A stretch of DNA of 64,000 bases, taken from contig JFLG01000084.1 in NCBI GenBank assembly GCA_000634735.1, forward strand, positions 4,946-68,945, read 5' to 3'. Below are positions 38,700 through 48,554 of the stretch, one piece after another; position 1 is the stretch's first letter, and the number at the start of each line of letters is the position of its first letter. The translations under genes and the position numbers were made by a program. The notes under the pieces were generated by a model. It was not told the origin of the DNA, did no database searches, and worked only from the letters and a program-made list of their open reading frames with translations. Source of the DNA: Prochlorococcus sp. scB241_528N17. GTDB lineage: Bacteria > Cyanobacteriota > Cyanobacteriia > PCC-6307 > Cyanobiaceae.

Positions 38700-40439
38700 A
38701 TGCAGAAAAATTTAGCTAAAAGGAACAATAGAACATTTAAATTACTGTTCAAAGTCTGGAGAAATATTAGCCCAAAATTAAGAAAAGAAACCTATTTTGC
38801 ATTATTCATAATGATTATAAGTGCCTTCTCTGAATCAATATCTTTAGCTGCTTTTTTACCTTTCTTAACTTTAATATCTGATCCATCAAGAATTAATCAA
38901 ATACAATTTTCTAAATTTTTTTTAAATTTATTAAACATTAACAGACCTACTGAAGGCATAATTTTTTTTGCTTTTCTTTTCTCGATTTCTCTTATAATTT
39001 CTGCCATTTTGAGAATATTTAACATTTGGTTTACTTCAAGATTAGCAGGGAGAATTGGTAGTTCAATAAGTAGTAACGCTTTTAAAAGGACTTTATATCA
39101 AGACTATTCAGTACATATATCAAGAAATAGCAGTGAAGTTTTAAATCCAATTATTGCTCAAACAACGCAAACAATTGTGGCCATTAATTTATTTCTTCAG
39201 TTATGTACATCATTATTAATTTCTGTAAGCATAATCTTTGGTCTTCTGATTATTGAAACAAAAATAGCCATAATTACCTTTTTATTTTTTGGCATAATTT
39301 ATATCTTAATAGCATTTAATGTAAAAGATAGACTTCAAAGAAATAGCCGAATTTTTTTAGAAGAATCAAATATGCAAGTTAAAATACTACAGGAATCGAT
39401 AGGATCCATAAGAGATATAATTCTAAATTCAATTCAGTTGACTTACTTTGAAAATTTTCAAAAAGTTGATCAAAGTATGAGAACTAGACAGGCTAATAAT
39501 ATCTTTATAGCTTCTTTTCCTAAGTATGTTATTGAAAGCCTCGGAATAATCACAATAGCTTGGCTAGCAATTTTAATTGATAAAGAGGAAAATACTAACA
39601 GTGTTGTGGCCTCCATTGGGGTTTTAGCATTAGGATCTCAAAGACTCCTTCCATCACTTCAAAGTATTTATTCTTCTTGGGGAACTATTAAAGGAAGAAC
39701 TTCATCAATTCAAAGTATTCTTAAATTATTAGAGCAACCAATGCCTAATTTTGAATATAAAAACTCATTAAAACCATATAAATTTAAAAACTCAATTAAA
39801 TTAGAGAATATAGAATTTTCATATAATGAAGAGAAAAAGATCTTAAACAAGATCAATATTGAAATAAAAAAAGGTGATTCTCTTGGCATTAAAGGTGCAT
39901 CGGGAGTAGGGAAAACAACTCTTATAGATATAATAATGGGCCTTATTGAACCAACTGGAGGGAAGATCTCTGTTGATGGTAAAAATCTTACAAATTTAAA
40001 ATATTTAATCTCTTGGAGAAAATCTATTTCACACGTTCCTCAGAATATTTTTTTACTTGATGCCTCTTTTTATGAAAATATTGCTTTTGGGGAAGATAAG
40101 GAAAAAATAGATTATGTAAGAGCAGAAAAAGCAGCAAAATGTGTATTGCTAGATGATTTTATTAATTCTAGAAAATATAAATACAATACAAAAATTGGTG
40201 AAAGAGGGATACAAATAAGCGGAGGTCAAAGACAAAGAATTGCTATAGCAAGAGCTATATATAAAAAATCAGAAATTTTAATTTTAGATGAAGCCACAAG
40301 CGCATTGGACTATAAAACTGAAAACCAATTAATGAAAAATATTAATAATATTGGCGATAATATTACGATGATTATTGTTGCACATAGACTCTCCACGCTC
40401 GAGAAATGTAATAGAATAATAGATCTTAATAAAGAATAA
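38700..40439 (+). CDS. Fused TMD-NBD ABC exporter (MsbA/PglK-like), second copy
   Basis: 579 aa. Walker A GASGVGKTT, signature ISGGQRQRIAIARA and Walker B ILILDEATSALD, with an N-terminal TMD. Confidence 0.85.
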   Translation: MQKNLAKRNNRTFKLLFKVWRNISPKLRKETYFALFIMIISAFSESISLAAFLPFLTLISDPSRINQIQFSKFFLNLLNINRPTEGIIFFAFLFSISLIISAILRIFNIWFTSRLAGRIGSSISSNAFKRTLYQDYSVHISRNSSEVLNPIIAQTTQTIVAINLFLQLCTSLLISVSIIFGLLIIETKIAIITFLFFGIIYILIAFNVKDRLQRNSRIFLEESNMQVKILQESIGSIRDIILNSIQLTYFENFQKVDQSMRTRQANNIFIASFPKYVIESLGIITIAWLAILIDKEENTNSVVASIGVLALGSQRLLPSLQSIYSSWGTIKGRTSSIQSILKLLEQPMPNFEYKNSLKPYKFKNSIKLENIEFSYNEEKKILNKINIEIKKGDSLGIKGASGVGKTTLIDIIMGLIEPTGGKISVDGKNLTNLKYLISWRKSISHVPQNIFLLDASFYENIAFGEDKEKIDYVRAEKAAKCVLLDDFINSRKYKYNTKIGERGIQISGGQRQRIAIARAIYKKSEILILDEATSALDYKTENQLMKNINNIGDNITMIIVAHRLSTLEKCNRIIDLNKE

Positions 40440-40518
40440 TTTCTTAGAAAAAATCAATTTTAATGATTACTATGTGTTGAAGATTGTATAGTATATTGAA
40501 TAATATTTTTATTAAATA

Positions 40519-41532
40519 GTGGAGTCCTTAAAGAATAATTCGGTCAAATCAAAAGTGATAGGAATTACTGGCATTGCGGGGATGCTAGGTTCCCATCTTT
40601 CAGAGCAACTAATAAAAGCAAATTATACCGTTAAGGGTATTGATAATCTTAGTGTTGGCAAGTTAGAAAATCTTGAGAAAATTATAAATAACGAAAAATT
40701 TTCTTTAGAAATTAATGATGGTAGAAACATAGATGCATTGAGAAAAATATTTAAGGATTGCAATACAATAATTCACCTTGCGGCTGTTAAAAAAGTTGTT
40801 GAGAATCAAAGTTCATTTGAAACATTAGATGTAAATGTAAAGATTACACAAAATGTTTTAGAAATTGCAAAAGAAAAAAATATTAATGTCATTATGGCTT
40901 CGACATCAGATGTATATGGAGTATCAGAAGAAATCCCCTTTAAGGAAAATCAGAATTTAAAGATAGGAGACTCTACAGCAAAAAGATGGGCATATGCTGT
41001 AAGCAAATTATATTGCGAACATTTATGCATAAGTTACTGCAAAGACTTTGATGTTAAAGTTTGTATTCTGAGATACTTTGGTGGTTTTAGTGACAAGTCC
41101 TCATTTACTTGGTCGGGAGGACATGTACCTATTTTTATAAACCAAATACTAAATGGGGATCCAATAACAATTCATGGGGATGGCAAGCAAACCAGATCAA
41201 TGGGGCATGCAGATGATTTAGCATATGGAACTTTTTTAGCAATGATAAATATTGATAAAGTCAATGGAGAGATAATAAACATAGGTAATACTGAAGAATT
41301 CTCTGTTATTGATACTGCTTATCTATTGGCTGATATTTTAAAAAAGGGAAAAAATGATATAAAAATAGAATTTATACCGGAAGAAAAAGTATATGGAACT
41401 TATAAAGACCTCAGAAGAAGAGTTCCAGACATATCAAAAGCAAGGCGGTTATTAGGATATGAACCAAAAATTAGTTTCAAACAAGCTCTTGAACTAGTCG
41501 CAGCTAGCATCAAGGAGAAGAAAAATAAATGA
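40519..41532 (+). CDS. NAD-dependent sugar epimerase/dehydratase (extended SDR, UDP-glucuronate decarboxylase-like)
   Basis: 337 aa with a GTG start in the ORF track. Motifs ITGIAGMLGSHL, STSDVYG and YAVSKLYCEH (YxxxK). Confidence 0.7.
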   Translation: MESLKNNSVKSKVIGITGIAGMLGSHLSEQLIKANYTVKGIDNLSVGKLENLEKIINNEKFSLEINDGRNIDALRKIFKDCNTIIHLAAVKKVVENQSSFETLDVNVKITQNVLEIAKEKNINVIMASTSDVYGVSEEIPFKENQNLKIGDSTAKRWAYAVSKLYCEHLCISYCKDFDVKVCILRYFGGFSDKSSFTWSGGHVPIFINQILNGDPITIHGDGKQTRSMGHADDLAYGTFLAMINIDKVNGEIINIGNTEEFSVIDTAYLLADILKKGKNDIKIEFIPEEKVYGTYKDLRRRVPDISKARRLLGYEPKISFKQALELVAASIKEKKNK

Positions 41533-42575
41533 CCCTTGGCGTATTCTATTCTTCATATAATAACTATGATTTACTCAAAAATGAAGGTTTGCAAAAGATT
41601 AATTTTGAAGATGTAAGTTTGATAAATATTGATGATCATTCATTACCTGAAGAGCAAATAAAAGGAAGAGAAATTTGTAATCAAAAGAATATTCCTTTCA
41701 TTGTTAATGAAGGAAAGGGTTTGCAATATGCTTGCCAAACGGCAATAAACTATTTTAAAAAAAATGATTCTATTAAATGGGTCATTTGCCTACAGCAAGA
41801 TACTTTCCCTTTAGAAGATAATTTTTTTAAAGAGTTGAATGATTATATTGAAGAATATTCAACTGAAGAATTAGGAGCATTTGGCTTTAATAATATTTTT
41901 GATAAAAAATATACAAAAGGAGCGTTAAATGAATATAAACAAGGCAAAAAGCCTAAAGGTTTTCTTGGGATCTTTGTCTTTTCTGATAAAAGAAACCTTT
42001 TTCAAAAATCTTTTTTTACAGATTTGATAAAACAATTTCTTAAATACATTTTAAAACACAAGAAAATCGACTATATCCACTGCTACAGAAGATGGTTTGC
42101 AAAAACATCATTTAAAAATTTTGATAAGATTTCTAAGAAATATAATGGTTTATTTGCAATTGATATCCCACCATGGTCAGTAGTAGCCATAAATATTAAA
42201 AATTGGGACAAATATATAAAACCCGACAAGGAATTTGTTTTTCACCTATGGTTTAATGATATTTCTATGCAATTTTTAAGCAATAATATTTACGTTGGAT
42301 GTACTTCTGATTTTTATATTTATAATAATCAAAAAATTAAAAAGAAATATGGCATAGAAGAAATTTCTGTTAATCAAGATCAAAAGAATATGCCCATAAC
42401 TACCGAAGAAACTCTTAATTACTTCAGAAAAAAATGGGGATTCTCATATATAAATCCTAGAGCTGATTATCAGAAAGTATTTAAAAAATATAGAAATACT
42501 TTTATAGGCAAATTACTAGTTCACGATTGCACAAAAGGTCCAATACATATATTCAAAAAAAATAAAAAAGTTTAA
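41529..42575 (+). CDS. Hypothetical protein (possible GT-A-like)
   Basis: 348 aa. LINIDDHS and ICLQQDTFP weakly resemble GT2 motifs. The start overlaps the upstream stop by 4 nt. I recognise no confident family. Confidence 0.3.
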   Translation: MTLGVFYSSYNNYDLLKNEGLQKINFEDVSLINIDDHSLPEEQIKGREICNQKNIPFIVNEGKGLQYACQTAINYFKKNDSIKWVICLQQDTFPLEDNFFKELNDYIEEYSTEELGAFGFNNIFDKKYTKGALNEYKQGKKPKGFLGIFVFSDKRNLFQKSFFTDLIKQFLKYILKHKKIDYIHCYRRWFAKTSFKNFDKISKKYNGLFAIDIPPWSVVAINIKNWDKYIKPDKEFVFHLWFNDISMQFLSNNIYVGCTSDFYIYNNQKIKKKYGIEEISVNQDQKNMPITTEETLNYFRKKWGFSYINPRADYQKVFKKYRNTFIGKLLVHDCTKGPIHIFKKNKKV

Positions 42576-42696
42576 TTCTTAGAGTTATATAAATATAAAT
42601 AAGAACTTTAATTTTTATTTAAATTTTAATCTTGCAACTATAATTAAGATTCATAATATCCTTAATATTTTAAGAAAGTGCTTTTATAAAAAATTT

Positions 42697-44070
42697 ATGA
42701 ATAAAGGAATAATAAATCAAATAGAAAAACAATATCCTTTTTTGTATCAGAGAGAAATTTCAATATTATTAGTAGTTGTAGATTATTTATTATTTAGATT
42801 ATTTTTTATAAATTCACTTGTTTTTCAAAATTCAATAATTAATAATTTTATATTTCCACTGATTTGGATTGTTTTAAACTATATTTTCTCTCAATACATT
42901 ATTTTTAAAAAATATAATGTGAAGAATATTATAAAAAAGATTTTTTTTTCACAAATAGCAAATGTCATTACATGCTTCATTATCATCTTAAATATTACAT
43001 TAATAATATCTTTTAAAAATTTTAGTTTTCACGATGGAGTCAACTTTTTTGGCTACTCTATTTTAATTTCTTTAATATCTTGTTTTTGCAGACTACTAAT
43101 AATTTATGTCACAAAAAAAAGAAACAAAAAAAACTTAGTATTTGGTTTTTGGGGTACTAATGAAAAATTTGAAATTATTAAAAGTCTTTATCTTAGATAT
43201 ATAAATTTTGAAGTTGAATTTGAATTAATTAATAATGAAAATCTTAATTCAATGTTCGATAAAGTTGATAAAATTTTAGTTCCAATTGATTTTAAATTTG
43301 AAAAAGAATTAGCAAAAATCAACTATCCCAAAAAAGAGGAAATTAATAATAAATTCATTGATTTGACCAATTGGTCATCATTTATATTACAAAGGTATCC
43401 TTATATAATTTTAGAAAAAGATAATAAAATTTTATACGGCTTTAATCTAATACATAAAAAACTAAGCTATAGATTAAAAATATTTATTGAATTTATAATA
43501 TCTTTATTCTTAATTATTTTATTTTCACCATTAATTTTATTTTTTGGAATTATCATCAAGTTAGAGGATGGAGGTCCAATATTCTATACACAAAAAAGAA
43601 CTGGGTTAAACGGAAAAGTCTTCGACATATACAAATTAAGATCTATGAAAATCGATTCTGAAAAAGGTAAAGCAATGTGGACCTTCATAGGAGATAATAG
43701 AGTAACAAAAATTGGAAAGTTTTTAAGAAAATCAAGATTTGATGAAATACCACAACTTCTTTGTGTATTAAAAGGTGATATGTCATTAATAGGCCCAAGG
43801 CCTGAAAGACCTGAATTTGATAAAATGCTTTCTAAAGAAATAAAACATTATAATTCTAGGAATTCTTTAAAGCCAGGAATAAGTGGCTGGAGTCAGGTTT
43901 CATATCCATACGGAGCTTCTGTAAGAGACGCTGAGATTAAATTAAGTTTTGATATTTATTACATAAAAAATTTTTCATTAATTTTTGACCTTTTAATATT
44001 TTTTAAAACCATAAGATTAGTTTTAAGACTTGAGAATAGTCAGCCAAGAAAAAAAAATAAAGATATCTAA
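42697..44070 (+). CDS. Polyprenyl-phosphate hexose-1-phosphate transferase (WbaP/PglC bacterial sugar transferase family)
   Basis: 457 aa. N-terminal TM helices, with C-terminal GGPIFYTQKRTGLNGKVFDIYKLRSM, DEIPQLLCVLKGDMSLIGPRPERP and PGISGWSQV, which are diagnostic. Confidence 0.88.
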   Translation: MNKGIINQIEKQYPFLYQREISILLVVVDYLLFRLFFINSLVFQNSIINNFIFPLIWIVLNYIFSQYIIFKKYNVKNIIKKIFFSQIANVITCFIIILNITLIISFKNFSFHDGVNFFGYSILISLISCFCRLLIIYVTKKRNKKNLVFGFWGTNEKFEIIKSLYLRYINFEVEFELINNENLNSMFDKVDKILVPIDFKFEKELAKINYPKKEEINNKFIDLTNWSSFILQRYPYIILEKDNKILYGFNLIHKKLSYRLKIFIEFIISLFLIILFSPLILFFGIIIKLEDGGPIFYTQKRTGLNGKVFDIYKLRSMKIDSEKGKAMWTFIGDNRVTKIGKFLRKSRFDEIPQLLCVLKGDMSLIGPRPERPEFDKMLSKEIKHYNSRNSLKPGISGWSQVSYPYGASVRDAEIKLSFDIYYIKNFSLIFDLLIFFKTIRLVLRLENSQPRKKNKDI

Positions 44071-44127
44071 AATAAAACATTCTATGTGTTATATTTAGGA
44101 GCAATTTTGAATATAAATTAAATATCA

Positions 44128-44937
44128 ATGACAACAAAAGTAATTGCTGAAATTGGTTGGAATCATATGGGCGATATGAATTTAGCAGCAGAAATGATAA
44201 AAGAAGCATCAAGAGCAGGTGCAAGTTTTGCTAAATTTCAAACGTGGAAAGTCTCAAGATTAAAATCTGGTGCTTGGGATAATGATGGAAGACGAGAAAT
44301 TTATGAGAATGCAGAATTAAGTGAAAAGGATCATGAATATCTAATAGAGACTTGCAAAAAAAATAATATTGAATTCCTTAGTTCAGCATTCGCTCTTGAA
44401 GATGCTAAGCTTTTAAAAGATATGGGTTGTAATAAAGTAAAAATACCAAGTTTTGAATGTACAAACAAAGAGCTTATTAGTTATTGTCAAAATAATTTCT
44501 CTGAAGTTATAATTTCCACTGGAACTGCAACTAAGAAAGAGATTGATAATTTAAAAGAATTGATTAATTTTGAAAAAACTGTTGTGATGCATTGTGTTTC
44601 ATCATACCCCTGTACATCTTCAATAGCCAATTTACCAAGGTTAAAATATTTAAAGGAAAATTTTTTAAGAGTAGGGTATAGCGACCATACACAAGGTATA
44701 AATGTTGCTTGCATCAGTCTTAATTACAACATCGAATATATAGAGAAACATTTCACAATTAATAACGATCTTCCTGGAAGAGATAATAAATTTGCGATCT
44801 TACCTGTTGAAATGAAAGATTTAAATCAATTTATTGATGTATTTGCCAAATCTAATAAGTTCCTTGGCGTAGATTTCCAACCAGAAGAAAATGATTCAAG
44901 AGAAAACTATAGAAGTAGATTTGATATGAAAAAATGA
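44128..44937 (+). CDS. NeuB-family (N-acylneuraminate/ulosonic acid synthase) TIM-barrel protein, no SAF domain
   Basis: 269 aa. Motifs VIAEIGWNHMGD, AKFQTW, KIPSFE and YSDHTQG match the NeuB catalytic domain. The length leaves no room for the usual C-terminal SAF/AFP-like domain. Confidence 0.72.
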   Translation: MTTKVIAEIGWNHMGDMNLAAEMIKEASRAGASFAKFQTWKVSRLKSGAWDNDGRREIYENAELSEKDHEYLIETCKKNNIEFLSSAFALEDAKLLKDMGCNKVKIPSFECTNKELISYCQNNFSEVIISTGTATKKEIDNLKELINFEKTVVMHCVSSYPCTSSIANLPRLKYLKENFLRVGYSDHTQGINVACISLNYNIEYIEKHFTINNDLPGRDNKFAILPVEMKDLNQFIDVFAKSNKFLGVDFQPEENDSRENYRSRFDMKK

Positions 44938-46088
44938 AATTAAAGAGAGTTAATCTTTTATTTATTACATCAACAAACTATAACAAAGAATTATTTGACC
45001 AATTAATCAAAAAACATCTAGAAAATAAATTATTTTCAACCATATCAAAAAATATACTAATAATTAATAGGAATTTATTACCTAATGAAATACCTTTAGA
45101 AAATATTTCCATTTATAAAGAGTATCAATATTTATCTGGAAGTATTAAAAATCTTTTAAATGAAAAAAATATTAATTTAATAAAAAAATTAAAAAAACAA
45201 ATAAACAATGATTTCGAGTGGACAGTAGTTACTGATAATGAGACAAGGAATATTGAATTAATAATTTATAAGCTTTTAAATCTCTCAAAAAATTTTCCAT
45301 TGATAGTTATTGATCATGGCTGTATAAATTCACAAGATCTCCGCTTATCTCAATATTTAAATTTTGGAAGATTTATTAGAAATCTTTTCCTTTTCTACTC
45401 TCTTTGCTCTGAAAAATATAGTTTAAAAAAATTCTTTTTTATAAAAATAAGAAGAATTTATATGCATTCTGTAAAACCTAAAATACCACTTAACAAATAC
45501 ATAGTAATCGGTTATCAAGAACTTACTAGAGAAGTGAAATCTTTAGGAGGTCCATCTCTAAATAGACACTTAAATTTCGAATCAGCGAAAGAAAAGGTGG
45601 GTCTTTTATTAACTTCAGGTTCGCACAGGTATGACTCATTTTCTTTCAGAACTTCTAGTGTTGTTGAATATATAAACATAATAAGATTTCTCAATAAAAA
45701 TAATTCTATAAAAAAAATAATTATAAAAACAAAACCAAGAGAAGATGTTGGATTATTAAAAGAGCAAATATCTCAAAAAGCTGAAATATCTAAATGTATA
45801 TTTTTAAACTCAAGTAAGTCAATTAACAAAGTAATTAATGAATTTGACGTTTCTTATATTTTTACCAATTTACATTCAATAACTTTGGGTGCTTTTTCTA
45901 TTTTGAGGATGAATGTATACGGTTATCAGACAAACTATCCTAATCAATTTAAAAAAGCTTCTTGGTATTTTGAACTTTATAAACCTTATAAATTTATTAA
46001 TAATATCTTTTTTGATAACCAAAAATATGTAGGTATTGACTCTGATAAGATATGTAGATGGTTCTTTAATAAGGATTGGTCTAATTGA
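44934..46088 (+). CDS. Hypothetical protein (candidate glycosyl/ulosonic-acid transferase)
   Basis: 384 aa with no family motif I recognise. It is translationally coupled to the NeuB-like gene (4-nt overlap) and precedes the NeuA-like gene. Confidence 0.3.
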   Translation: MKLKRVNLLFITSTNYNKELFDQLIKKHLENKLFSTISKNILIINRNLLPNEIPLENISIYKEYQYLSGSIKNLLNEKNINLIKKLKKQINNDFEWTVVTDNETRNIELIIYKLLNLSKNFPLIVIDHGCINSQDLRLSQYLNFGRFIRNLFLFYSLCSEKYSLKKFFFIKIRRIYMHSVKPKIPLNKYIVIGYQELTREVKSLGGPSLNRHLNFESAKEKVGLLLTSGSHRYDSFSFRTSSVVEYINIIRFLNKNNSIKKIIIKTKPREDVGLLKEQISQKAEISKCIFLNSSKSINKVINEFDVSYIFTNLHSITLGAFSILRMNVYGYQTNYPNQFKKASWYFELYKPYKFINNIFFDNQKYVGIDSDKICRWFFNKDWSN

Positions 46089-46121
46089 TTCTAAAAAACA
46101 CTTCAATTTTTACATTTTAAA

Positions 46122-46835
46122 ATGAGGATAATTGCCATAACTCTTGCCAGAGGAGGTTCAAAAGGTATTCCAAAAAAAAACATGGCCTATTTATCTGGCA
46201 AAAGATTAATAGATTATACCGTTGATGAGGCAAAGAAATCTAATTTTATAGACAGATACATTGTATCTACTGATGACGAAGAAATAGCAGAATATGTATC
46301 TTCTCTGGGCGTTGATGTACCATTTATTAGGCCATCTTATCTAGCAAGTGATACTGCCACCTCAACAGATGCTCTAAAACACGCAGTTGAATTTTGCGAA
46401 TTGGAGGAAAAAATCAAATATGACTTGGTTGTAGAATTAATGTGTACAAATCCTTTTAAGACATCTTTAGATATCGATAATTGTATAAATCTTTACAAGC
46501 AAAATAGCGTGGATTCAGTCATTGGAGTTTCAAAACTTGAGGACCATCATCCTGCAAGAATTAAAAAAGTTGTAAATGGCTACATAAGAGATTTTGTAAT
46601 ACCTGAGATATCCTCAAGAAGACAAGATTTAAAACCTGATGCTTATATTAGGAACGGTTCAATTTATGCAATCTCTAGAAATAAACTTATGAATGATAAT
46701 TATAGATTTGGTGGCAAAAATAGTATGGCCTATATCATGGATGAACCTGCACATATTAATATAGATACAAAGTGGGATTTACTCTTGGCTGACTTAATCC
46801 TCAGAAATAAGAATAAAGATGAAAATGAAAAATAA
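46122..46835 (+). CDS. Acylneuraminate cytidylyltransferase family (CMP-ulosonic acid synthetase, NeuA-like)
   Basis: 237 aa. Motifs IAITLARGGSKGIPKKN, STDDEEI and IRNGSIYA are typical of the CTP_transf_3 family. Confidence 0.8.
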   Translation: MRIIAITLARGGSKGIPKKNMAYLSGKRLIDYTVDEAKKSNFIDRYIVSTDDEEIAEYVSSLGVDVPFIRPSYLASDTATSTDALKHAVEFCELEEKIKYDLVVELMCTNPFKTSLDIDNCINLYKQNSVDSVIGVSKLEDHHPARIKKVVNGYIRDFVIPEISSRRQDLKPDAYIRNGSIYAISRNKLMNDNYRFGGKNSMAYIMDEPAHINIDTKWDLLLADLILRNKNKDENEK

Positions 46836-47793
46836 AATATTAGTAATAACTCCAATTTCCCATATAAAAAATGTAGAAGAAAAACTAAATAGCATTGAGA
46901 ACAGTTTTTTAGTTCTAAAGCCAGAATGTAATAAAGAAGAATTACAAATGCATTGTGATAGTTATGCTATTTTCACTAATCCAAACAAATCTAATATCTA
47001 TTTAGGAGAATCTAATCTTAAGAATTTTCATAAATTAAAATTTATTTGCACTGCATCAACAGGAACGGTTCATATTGACAAAGAATATTGTCTTAAAAAA
47101 TCCATAAAAATATTATCTCTTACTGAAGAGAGAAGTATAATTAGTAAGATTTCTAGTACTGCAGAACATGCTTTCGCATTAATGATGGCTGGATTAAGAA
47201 ATATTCCTCAATCTAACAACAATGTTTATAAGGAAGAATGGGATTATGAACCATATATTGGAAGACAAATTAATTGTCTTACTATTGGGGTTATAGGTTA
47301 TGGAAGATTAGGGACATTTTTCGCAAATTATTGTGATGCCTTTGGTGCCAATGTATTAGTTTATGATCCCTATAAAACTGTAAATCACCCTAAGATAATT
47401 CAAGTTGATAACTTGGAAATTATTGCTTCAAAATCTGATGTTATTTCATTACATGTCCATGTAACTGAAGAAACATTGAAAATGGTAAATAATAAATTCC
47501 TCTCAAATTGTAAGTCTAGTATTAATATAATCAACACATCCAGAGGTGAAATTATTGATGAGATTGCTCTTATAAATTTCTTATCGAAAAATATTCATTC
47601 TAAGTACTGCACTGATGTATTATCCTCAGAGATAAATGGAATTTTAAATAATCCTATTTTCAAATATGCTAAAGATAATGATTCCCAATTCGTTATTACT
47701 CCACATATTGGAGGAATGACAAAAGAGGCTCAAGAAATGGCTTTTAACCATGCTGCTTATCTTTTAAAAAGAGCAATTCTTATTCAAAAATAA
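46819..47793 (+). CDS. D-isomer-specific 2-hydroxyacid dehydrogenase family
   Basis: 324 aa. Motifs GVIGYGRLG (NAD binding), INTSRGEIID and ITPHIGGMT (catalytic His context). Confidence 0.8.
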   Translation: MKMKNKILVITPISHIKNVEEKLNSIENSFLVLKPECNKEELQMHCDSYAIFTNPNKSNIYLGESNLKNFHKLKFICTASTGTVHIDKEYCLKKSIKILSLTEERSIISKISSTAEHAFALMMAGLRNIPQSNNNVYKEEWDYEPYIGRQINCLTIGVIGYGRLGTFFANYCDAFGANVLVYDPYKTVNHPKIIQVDNLEIIASKSDVISLHVHVTEETLKMVNNKFLSNCKSSINIINTSRGEIIDEIALINFLSKNIHSKYCTDVLSSEINGILNNPIFKYAKDNDSQFVITPHIGGMTKEAQEMAFNHAAYLLKRAILIQK

Positions 47794-47796
47794 AAA

Positions 47797-48468
47797 ATGT
47801 TTTCAGTCATAATTAGAGTCAAAAACGAGGAGGCCTTTATTGGACAAGCTATCCAATCATGTATCGATTATCTTGAACAACCTGAAATTGTTATTGTAAA
47901 TGACCACTCAAATGATAAATCTTTATACATCTGCAGGTTATTTGTAGCAAATGATGATTTAAATAAAGGCAATCCAAAATCAGATTTTTGTAATTTAAAA
48001 ATAATAAATATTGATGACTATACCCCAGGCAAAGCCTTGAATTTAGGAGTTAAAAATTGCTCTAATAATAATATTATTATTCTTTCAAGCCATTGCAGTA
48101 TAAAAAAATTCAATCATAAAATTATCATTAGAGATTTAGAAAAATATGGAGTTTTATTTGGGAACCAAAACCCTTTATATCATGGAAAGAGAATAAAGAA
48201 AAATTATATTTGGAGTAATTTTACAGATAAAGAAGTTATCAATATGTGGTCAGAAGCTGAAAATCGTTATTTTTTTCATAATGCAGCCTCAATATTTAAA
48301 AAAGATATCTTGGTTGAGAATCCATTTGATGAAAAGTTAGCTGGCAAAGAAGATAGGTATTGGGCAAGAGATTGGATTAATAAAAAAAACAAGATTATTT
48401 ATCAACCAGAATTTGAGGTTGATCATTTTTACTCTTTACATGGTCATACATGGAAAGGGATAGGTTAA
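47797..48468 (+). CDS. Small GT-A/GT2-like protein
   Basis: 223 aa. Motifs FSVIIRVKNEE and VIVNDHSNDKS fit a GT2 N-terminal pattern. Confidence 0.5.
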   Translation: MFSVIIRVKNEEAFIGQAIQSCIDYLEQPEIVIVNDHSNDKSLYICRLFVANDDLNKGNPKSDFCNLKIINIDDYTPGKALNLGVKNCSNNNIIILSSHCSIKKFNHKIIIRDLEKYGVLFGNQNPLYHGKRIKKNYIWSNFTDKEVINMWSEAENRYFFHNAASIFKKDILVENPFDEKLAGKEDRYWARDWINKKNKIIYQPEFEVDHFYSLHGHTWKGIG

Positions 48469-48554
48469 CTTTTTATAAAACATTATTCTTTTTAAATCTA
48501 TCTTAAAATTTATTTTATTTTATGTTAAATTTGATTTATTTAAGTATTTAATTC

